From an uncultured delta proteobacterium (GTDB taxonomy: Bacteria; Desulfobacterota; Syntrophia; Syntrophales; UBA2192), in assembly GCA_963705165.1 (NCBI GenBank), contig CAVPJD010000016.1, positions 34,373-98,372 of the forward strand: a stretch of 64,000 bases of DNA, in the 5' to 3' direction. The first letter of the stretch is position 1, and each line of letters opens with the position of its first letter. A program made the translations under genes and the position numbers. The notes beneath the pieces were generated by a model. That model made no database searches. It was not told the origin of the DNA and worked only from the letters and a program-made list of their open reading frames with translations. Below, one piece after another: positions 51,068 through 64,000 of the stretch.

Positions 51068-52048
51068 TCAGAAACTGCACGCGATGCCGACCGACCACCC
51101 CTGCACGTTGTCGCCGAACTTGTATCGCCCCAGGAGGCGCCAGCGGCTGGTGAGCCAGGTATATTCGCCTGTGTCCAGTTCAAAGCCGGCACCCAGCGAC
51201 GTGAGCCAGTCAAATCCCATCGCACCGCGAAGATCGCCGAGGAACTGCGTGTGCGAGAACTCGAGCACGTACCGGAAGGGCCTGTTGAGCGCGGTCAGGC
51301 CGGTCGGCGCGCGCCACCGGGACCAGAGGCTCAGGGTCTGCGCGTCTGCGCTCCCCGAAACGGCCTCCGACGAGCCGCTGATGCTCTGGAGGTAGATGTT
51401 CGTATAGCGCAACTCGACGTCGATCTCGTTCTCCGGCCGATAGCGCTCGTAGTCCAGCATCAACGAACCGCCGATCCCTGCCGCATCGAGGCGGCCCCTG
51501 TCCAGGAACGAAAGGTCCCGCCCGGTCTGATTCCCGAGGTATTGCCCCGCAATCCTCAGATCGCTCTGGATGGTTCCCAGCGTGAAGTTGAAAATGGGGC
51601 GCAGAACGAGGTCCTGGACGATGGGGAAGTCCCAGCCGATGCCCGCCGTGGCGGAAAGACTGTTCCATTTGACCGGGACCTCGCGCGAATTTGTGCCGTC
51701 GGAGACCAGGAAGGTGGGATCGTAACGGCTGTACGCAGCGGTTCCCTCGAGGTAAAGCGGAAAGTCCTTGCTGACGGTAAAGCCGGCGCCCAGCGATGTC
51801 ATCGATAAGCCCGGATTCCCAGTCGACGCATTGCTGAATGACAGGGAGCCTGTCGTGACATCCGGAACGAGGCTGTATCCCATCAGGGTCAGCAGGCCGT
51901 TGGCCAGTTTCTGAATGTTCGTCCCGGTGATCGACGATGTTTGCGCGGCAGCCGGTGCGGCGCCCATCGATAGCAAGATCGCGAAGACCAGGGCTGTCAA
52001 AAGTGCCGAGAGAAAGATGTGACGGTTTTTCGCTACGGTGCCGGTCAT
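51068..52048 (-). CDS. Passenger-less autotransporter-like outer-membrane beta-barrel
   Basis: Signal peptide, amphipathic strands (GIGWDFPI, LVLRPIFNFTLG), C-terminal WSVGIACSF. Confidence 0.6.
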   Translation of the reverse strand: MTGTVAKNRHIFLSALLTALVFAILLSMGAAPAAAQTSSITGTNIQKLANGLLTLMGYSLVPDVTTGSLSFSNASTGNPGLSMTSLGAGFTVSKDFPLYLEGTAAYSRYDPTFLVSDGTNSREVPVKWNSLSATAGIGWDFPIVQDLVLRPIFNFTLGTIQSDLRIAGQYLGNQTGRDLSFLDRGRLDAAGIGGSLMLDYERYRPENEIDVELRYTNIYLQSISGSSEAVSGSADAQTLSLWSRWRAPTGLTALNRPFRYVLEFSHTQFLGDLRGAMGFDWLTSLGAGFELDTGEYTWLTSRWRLLGRYKFGDNVQGWSVGIACSF

Positions 52049-52325
52049 GTCGTTGAAGCGTTTTTCATAGCTGGAATTTCCCGGAGATCGAAGTCGTGCG
52101 CGCCAAGTTCTGAGCCCGCATCCGTTTTTCATCGAAAGATGTCCTGCACTTGCGCTAAGCCCTGCTGCATGTCCCCCGGTCGACGTGCGAAGTCGGTAAG
52201 GGTTTCACCGGATCAGAATTTGCTTTTTATCGGTGGGAGTGTAAGGTAGAATAATCCTGTATGTCAACGGGGAACTGGCGGCAACTTGTGAGTGCTGAAC
52301 CGATTCATTTCGTTTCCGACTGTAC

Positions 52326-52361
52326 TGGACCAAAGTCCAGTACAGATACGACCAAGGTCCA
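52326..52361. promoter_or_regulatory. Tandem palindromic operator, copy 2
   Basis: TGGACCAAAGTCCA (52326) plus ACGACCAAGGTCCA (52348); TATAAT at 52387. Confidence 0.7.
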
Positions 52362-52536
52362 ATTCCCTTTCCGGATGCTGACCATTTATAATGATAAACA
52401 ATTCATAGATTCTTTATGCGGGGTTATTCCAGTAGAGCTTCACTCTTTCTTACGCGTCTTTTTCCGTTCTGTATCCCCGATGTTCACTGTCTAAACGGAC
52501 CAACCCGTCATCACGTCATCATCGAGGGGTTTCAAC

Positions 52537-53724
52537 ATGACTCTCCCGGCAATGGCAAACGAGACCCATCTCTATTTTGAGAGAGGCGGGCCCGCCTACA
52601 GGCTCATGCAGAGGTTAAACGTGGTCAAAGGGGATAATCCTTCCATCGCCCGCAGGATTGTCATCTTCCTGGCCCTGACGTGGCTCCCGCTGCTCATCCT
52701 TTCTTTTCTCGAGGGGATTGCACTGGGGCCGACCCCGGAACAGTCGTTTCTGCTGGACTTTGCATCGTACGCCAGGTTTTTTGTCGCCTTCCCGATGCTG
52801 ATCATCGCGGAGGTTGTCATCGGACCCCGGCTGACGATTGCCGGCCTTCACTTCGTCCGTGCCGGCCTTGTCCGGGAGGATGACTATCCTGCCTTCGACT
52901 CAGCCGTTGAAAAAGTCAGGGCAAGGAGGGAAGCCCTGCTGCCGGAGTTGATCATCCTGGGCATTGCCGTTTTCGGGGCATGGTCCATGACCGCGGCACT
53001 CTATGCCGGACAGGAAACGAGCTGGCACGTCATCCGGACAGAAACCGGTATCCGGCTATCGATGGTCGGTGTCTGGTATCTCCTGGTGGCTGTCCCTCTT
53101 CTTCAATTCATGTTCTATCGATGGATGTGGAGGCTGATCATTTGGACGGGTTTTCTGCGGGACATGTCCCGGTTGAACCTCCGGCTGGTCGTGTCCCATC
53201 CGGATGCGGCGGCAGGCGTCGGTTTTCTAGGCGCGACGCAGGTCGTATTCGGCCTGCTGGCGTTTACCATGGGCAGCGTCCTGAGCGGGAGCGCCGCGTT
53301 CCTGCTCGTCTTCCATGACGTCAACATAGAGACCTTCAAGATCCCCTTTGGCGCGTATCTGGTGCTGGTCAACCTGATCTTTCTGGGGCCCCTGTTCGTC
53401 TTTGTCCCGCTGCTGGCCAGAACGCGCAGGCAGGGCCTCCGGGAGTTCAGCTCCCTGGCCGGCGTTTACAACCATTCCTTTGCGGAAAAATGGATCCGGG
53501 GCAAACCGCCGGAGGGTGAACCGCTTCTGGGCAGCAGTGATATCCAGTCACTGGCCGACCTGGGCAACAGTTATCAGTTCGCCCGGCAGATGAAACTCTT
53601 CCCGTTCAGTCTGCAGGATATCATCAAACTGTCCGTCATCGCCGCAGCACCCATGCTTCCCCTGCTTCCGCTGGTGATGCCGATCGAGGAGATATTGAAA
53701 GTGCTCGCCAAGGCGCTGCTGTAG
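52537..53724 (+). CDS. Hypothetical multi-pass inner-membrane protein
   Basis: About 7 hydrophobic segments; HPDAAAGVGFL and LLGSSDIQSLADL motifs. Confidence 0.75.
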   Translation: MTLPAMANETHLYFERGGPAYRLMQRLNVVKGDNPSIARRIVIFLALTWLPLLILSFLEGIALGPTPEQSFLLDFASYARFFVAFPMLIIAEVVIGPRLTIAGLHFVRAGLVREDDYPAFDSAVEKVRARREALLPELIILGIAVFGAWSMTAALYAGQETSWHVIRTETGIRLSMVGVWYLLVAVPLLQFMFYRWMWRLIIWTGFLRDMSRLNLRLVVSHPDAAAGVGFLGATQVVFGLLAFTMGSVLSGSAAFLLVFHDVNIETFKIPFGAYLVLVNLIFLGPLFVFVPLLARTRRQGLREFSSLAGVYNHSFAEKWIRGKPPEGEPLLGSSDIQSLADLGNSYQFARQMKLFPFSLQDIIKLSVIAAAPMLPLLPLVMPIEEILKVLAKALL

Positions 53725-53768
53725 AAATGAACCACCCCGCAGCAAGCTACGGGTTATCAAACAAGAAT

Positions 53769-53823
53769 GTCATGCCCGTGAAAACGGGCATCCATAATGG
53801 ATTCCCTCTTTCGAGGGAATGAC
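53769..53823. repeat. REP-like inverted dimer containing ATTCCC-N8-GGGAAT
   Basis: GTCATGCCCGTGAAAACGGGCATCCA-taa-TGGATTCCCTCTTTCGAGGGAATGAC. Confidence 0.75.
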
Positions 53824-53911
53824 ACATGAAAATTCCTGGCTCCAAGGGGCCGGGAATTTAGAAACTCAGGGAAGGGATTTTCCCTCGTTTTAAACAAAAG
53901 GCAGGTGTGTC

Positions 53912-56662
<2,751 letters not shown>

Positions 56663-56762
56663 AAGAGCTGGGGGCATGGCCCGGGCACCCCGTTATCTGT
56701 TGAAACCATATTACATCTCGCTGGGAAAATCAGATCCCGGGCAGCCCGGGAAGGAGGTCTCC

Positions 56763-58371
56763 ATGAACCGATCCGGCGTATCCATGACCCGATGGCGCAC
56801 GCCCTCATTGTTGGTCCTTGCGGCGTTCCTCCTGCTTGTCGGCTGCGCCCACCGTCCGATCAATCCGCCCATAACCAAGGCCGATCCGAAATCCGGCTAT
56901 CGAGGTCTTACGCGTCCGCAGTATGCGTCGGGCAGCGAAAGCATTGTGATCCTCGCCTTTTCGGGCGGCGGCACTCGCGCAGCCGCGTTCTCCTATGGTG
57001 TCCTCGAGTTCCTGCGGAATACCGAAGTCGTCGGACCGAAAGGCAACAAGGTACGCCTGCTCGACCAGGTCTTCGCGATCACCGGCATATCGGGCGGAAG
57101 CTTTACGGCGCTCGCCTTCGGCCTCTACGGTGACAAGCTGTTCGACGATTACGAAAAGCGCTTCCTGAAGCGCGACGTGCAGGGTGAGATCACTTCCCGC
57201 ACCCTGAATCCGTTCTACTGGCCATCCCTGTGGTCGAGCACCTGGGGCCGCTCTGAGATGGCGGCCGACTTGTACGACGAGATCCTGTTCAACGGCGCGA
57301 CGTATGGAGACCTCGATCGCGGGAAAGGCCCGATGATCATCGCGTCGGCCACCGACATCACGACGGGCGCCCGTTTGCCCTTTACGCAGGTCGCCTTCGA
57401 CGCGCTCTGCTCGGATCTCAGTGCGGTGCGTCTCTCCCGTGCCGCTGCCGCGTCGTCGGCAGTGCCGGTGGTGCTTTCGCCCGTCACGCTCAACAATTAT
57501 GGCGGCACTTGCGGCTACGAACTGCCCCCCTGGATCAAGCCGTTTGTAGACGCCGCCGAGCCGCCCGGCCCGCCGCGCGCGCGACCCGCCACGTAAAGGA
57601 AGAGGCGGAGTTCGAGGACGGCGTCAACCGGCCCTACATCCATGTCGTGGACGGCGGCGTCTCGGACAACCTCGGCATGCGGAGCGTACTGGATACCGTG
57701 GAGATCCTGGAGGCGCTGCATTTAATCGGTCAGCCCACACCGCTCGACCACGACATCCATCTCGTGGACGGCGGCGTCTCGGACAACCTCGGCATGCGGA
57801 GCGTGCTGGATACCGTGGAGATCCTGGAGGCGCTGCATTTAATCGGTCAGCCCACACCGCTGACCATATACGCAGGATCGTCATCGTTGTCGTCAATTCG
57901 ATCTCCACGCCGAAAACGCAGTGGGACAAGTCGGAATCCCCGCCGGGCACGATCGATGTCCTGCTGAAAGCGGCGGGTGTTCCGATCGACCGCTATTCCT
58001 ACGAGGCAACGGAGCTGTTGAGGGACAAGCAGGCGCGGTGGCATTCCATGAAGTTGCTCCGGGAGTCGGCTGCATTTGCCGCGAACAAGGACCCGGCCGT
58101 GGCGGCGGCGCTGCGCACGCCGGAGGCGACGATCTATGCCATCGACGTGTCGTTTGCCGCGTTAAATGACAAGGCGGAACTGGATTACCTGAACGAACTG
58201 CCCACGTCTTTCTACCTGCCGGACGAGGCCGTCGACCGCCTGCGCGCCGCTGCGGGGAAGGCCATCATGGCGTCGCCCGATTTCCAGAGGCTGCTGAAGG
58301 ACACCGGGGCCAGGATCGTAGCTGCCCCGCCGCGCGCAGGGGATGCAACAGCAGTACCCGCCGCGAAGTAA
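56763..58371 (+). CDS. Patatin-like lipoprotein; apparent indels at about 57565 and 57861 and an internal 39-codon duplication
   Basis: Lipobox LVG-C; FSGGGTRAAA, GISGG nucleophile motif, ASSAVP, DGGVSDNLG (twice), ELPTSF.L. Confidence 0.8.
57636..57866 (+). repeat. 117-bp tandem duplication inside the patatin gene
   Basis: Copies start at 57636 and 57753; they differ by two substitutions and one deletion. Confidence 0.92.
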
Positions 58372-58538
58372 CGAATCGGATCCCTGTCCTGCGGACTGTT
58401 CCTGGAGGAGACTCCCGGACAGGCTTGCTATTCTCCTTGACGAAACGCGGTAAACCTGCAATCGGATGTCACCTTGAAAAAGAGGTGTACGGGACAGCAG
58501 ATGAAGAGAATGCCGCGCAGGGAGAACGATTCCAAATC

Positions 58539-59341
58539 ATGAGAAGGGCGCAAACCCTCTTCTGGATCATTCTTGTCGCCTTTCTCATGCCGGCCCTGCC
58601 GGGCGACAGCCGGGCTGCAGAGAACAGCCAGGATGCGGCCGGCGGCAAGGAGGTGATGCGCGGCAAGATCGAGCTGAAACGCCAGGCCACGAACCGGGGC
58701 ACTCCAGAGGAGACAACAAAGACACAGTTGAAAACCGATGCATATCTCGACGGGTTCGTATCGCTGCTCCGGCTCGAAGTGCCGTTTCCGGACGAGAAGA
58801 CGGATTTCGAGGGGGACCCGTTCAACCCGCGACTCGGGGACATCAAGGTCCGCACCGGCTTCCGTCCCTTTCACATCGACGAGATCCCGGTTTCGACGTT
58901 TCTGGAGGTTACCTTTCCGACAGCAGACCCGGAAAGTCTCGGCAGCGGGAAATATCAGCTTACGGCCGGAATTTAGCCCACTGTCAGGATCCCCCTGGCT
59001 CGGAACCGTTGTCTCAGTCACATAAAATGATCTTCTCGCCGCTCGTCAAGCAGGTCGTCTCCGTGGCGGGAGATGAGGACCGAAAGAACATCAATTACAC
59101 GCAAGTCGAGCTGGCCCTGAGAGACACGTGGCGGAACCTGTTCTGGCTTAAACTGACGCCGAAACCCGTAATCGACTGGGAGCAGGATGCCAAAACCGGA
59201 GCGGTGGCGGAACTTGAACTCGGCTGGATCGTCAACCGTCACTGGAGCACGTGGATGATGCTCGGGACAAGCCTGTGGGGCGAGGGTGTGCCCAGCACCT
59301 ACGACAAGCGGGTGGAACTCGGGGTGACATTTCTTTTCTGA
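58539..59341 (+). CDS. Predicted outer-membrane beta-barrel; disrupted at 58974-58995 (TAG and/or indel)
   Basis: Signal peptide; LLRLEVPF, LGDI, FPTADPESLGSGKY; downstream frame ends VELGVTFLF*. Confidence 0.65.
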
Positions 59342-59422
59342 CAGGGCGGGCGGATCTTTTTCAGACCTGACCGCTTCGCTCATCCTCTCCAAGATCGCGC
59401 ATTTCTCTTTCCAAGCTCGCAT

Positions 59423-59458
59423 AGGACCAAGGTCCAGTGCGGATTGGACCAAAGTCCA
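59423..59458. promoter_or_regulatory. Tandem palindromic operator, copy 3
   Basis: AGGACCAAGGTCCA (59423) plus TGGACCAAAGTCCA (59445). Confidence 0.7.
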
Positions 59459-59521
59459 ATTCACCTCAGGAGTAAAAAGATGTAATGATTTCAAGAAGGG
59501 AAGGTCACGGCAAAACGAGTT

Positions 59522-62588
<3,067 letters not shown>

Positions 62589-62602
62589 TCATTACCCACG
62601 AT

Positions 62603-62648
62603 AGATGCCCTCGATATATAGCGGTTCCGCGATATGTCGAGGGCATCT
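62603..62648. promoter_or_regulatory. Long palindrome after the activator gene: candidate UAS and/or terminator
   Basis: 22-bp arms matching at 20/22 positions, 2-nt centre, followed by CTTTTT. Confidence 0.5.
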
Positions 62649-62868
62649 CTTTTCCCTGTCATCTCTCTGATCCGAAGTTTCTGTAAATAATCACGTAATA
62701 TTATGAAGTTAAGAACTATTCGCGAACCACCGTGATCCGGGAATGGTTCTTGGAATGTTATCTCAATGGACGGTACTCATCCTGTTAAATCGGACGAACG
62801 CATCCAGCGGAACAACTCGGAATTTCGCACCTCACCTTTCAGCCATGAAACAAGAAGGAGGGGGGAGT

Positions 62869-63192
62869 ATGACTCTGACCATCGAAGTCAGGTCCAAACC
62901 CGGAAAAATCAGTGAACTCTATCAGACCCTGCAAGCGCTCATTCCCACGATGCGCCAGGAGAAAGGGTGCCTGAAATGCCGTGTATCCCAGGACATGGAA
63001 GACGATGAGGTTTATGTCCTTTCCAGCGACTGGGACGGGCAGGAAAGCTTCGAGGGTTACGTCAAGTCCACCAGCGGCAGCGCACTGCTCGGTGCGATCA
63101 AGACGCTGGGGCAGTCAACAAGAATCCAGTTGGGCAGTGACGCAAAATGGGAGGGTGTCGACACGCTGATGCAGATAAGGCGGACGACCTGA
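62869..63192 (+). CDS. ABM (antibiotic biosynthesis monooxygenase)-domain protein
   Basis: RBS GGAGGGGGGAG; KPGK..EL, RQEKGCL, W....F..Y pattern. Confidence 0.75.
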   Translation: MTLTIEVRSKPGKISELYQTLQALIPTMRQEKGCLKCRVSQDMEDDEVYVLSSDWDGQESFEGYVKSTSGSALLGAIKTLGQSTRIQLGSDAKWEGVDTLMQIRRTT

Positions 63193-63271
63193 AAAGATAC
63201 TGACAAACTCAATACCTCCGGCTCTGCCGCCGGAGGATGCCGATGAACAAGCCGAAAAGAGGAGAAGAATC

Positions 63272-64000
63272 ATGAAAGTCATCATCGTGGGCGGAGTGGC
63301 CGGGGGTGCATCGTGTGCAGCGCGACTGCGCAGGCTGGACGAAAAGGCGGAAATCCTCGTGGTGGAGCGGGGCCCCTATGTCTCGTACGCGAACTGCGGG
63401 CTGCCCTACCACATCGGCGGCGTGATTGAAAAGGAGTCGAGCCTTCTCGTGTCCAGTGAAGCGATGTTTCGAGCGTTTTTTGCGATCGATGTGCGCACGG
63501 GCTGCGAGGCAATCAAGATCTCGCCGGACAGGAAGACCGTCGAGCTGCGCAATGTCGCAACCGGCGAGGTGACGACCGAGTCCTACGACAAGCTGGTCTT
63601 GTCGCCCGGTGCCGTCACCGTCCGTCCGCCCTTGCCCGGGCTTGACCTGCCGGGGATCTTCCAGGTCCGGACCGTGCCCGACGCGAGGGCGATCCGCGAG
63701 TGGATCGAGCGAGGGTCGCTGTTCCTTGCAGGGATGCACCGATACTCCGGCTTCCAGACGGTGAGGCCCAAGACGCGCGCCGTGGTCATCGGGGGCGGTT
63801 TCATCGGACTCGAGACGGCGGAGAATCTCGTCCATCGCGGCTTCGACGTCACCCTCGTCGAGATGCTCGACCAAATCCTGGCGCCGCTCGACCGGGAGAT
63901 GGCGCGCGTTGTGGAGGGCTACGTGGAGCGGCACGGCCTGCGCCTGGCGCTCAACGACGGGGTGTCCGGGTTCAAGCAGGCTGCAAACGGATCTCTCGAG
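63272..64000 (+). CDS. CoA-disulfide reductase-like FAD-dependent oxidoreductase (runs off the window; absent from the ORF track)
   Basis: MKVIIVGGVAGGASCAARLRRL, SYANCGLPY redox Cys motif, YDKLVLSPG, VIGGGFIGLE. Confidence 0.9.
   Translation, partial: MKVIIVGGVAGGASCAARLRRLDEKAEILVVERGPYVSYANCGLPYHIGGVIEKESSLLVSSEAMFRAFFAIDVRTGCEAIKISPDRKTVELRNVATGEVTTESYDKLVLSPGAVTVRPPLPGLDLPGIFQVRTVPDARAIREWIERGSLFLAGMHRYSGFQTVRPKTRAVVIGGGFIGLETAENLVHRGFDVTLVEMLDQILAPLDREMARVVEGYVERHGLRLALNDGVSGFKQAANGSLE

Overview
Bacterial chromosomal window, GC-rich, from a diderm anaerobe; gene content and style suggest a Desulfobacterota/Syntrophales-like organism (inference, not checked). It has two halves. (1) 1-25.6 kb is housekeeping: ispDF, an acyl-CoA carboxyltransferase, pgk, truA, rfbD (in-frame TAG), mutL, miaA, valS, nadC-birA-coaX, a 4xPAS kinase with a NarL-type regulator, a ferredoxin, dprA-topA-trmFO and a four-tRNA operon (Arg-TCT, His-GTG, Arg-TCG, Lys-CTT). 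Its gene ends carry G-rich 7-bp tandem arrays and REP-like palindromes. (2) 25.7-64 kb is an envelope-centred accessory region: tamAB, a Ser-type arylsulfatase with a DUF1254/1214 protein and anaerobic sulfatase maturase, two patatins, five predicted beta-barrels, glycine-zipper proteins, DUF3300-DUF2950, an OmpA/Pal-like lipoprotein, an orphan Rap1a-like protein, NDH-2, a GH63-like glucosidase, a GAF/PAS sigma-54 activator, an ABM protein and a CoA-disulfide-reductase-like enzyme running off the end. Best unexplained signals: a tandem 14-bp palindrome pair (WGGACCAWRGTCCA, starts 22 bp apart) at three promoters of the accessory region, resembling DosR-type boxes; heptamer arrays that overlap or abut stop codons; decayed paralog relics; and a 117-bp tandem duplication of a patatin catalytic DGG segment. 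About nine genes carry single-base indels that look like long-read assembly errors. No CRISPR array, integrase or transposase was seen.
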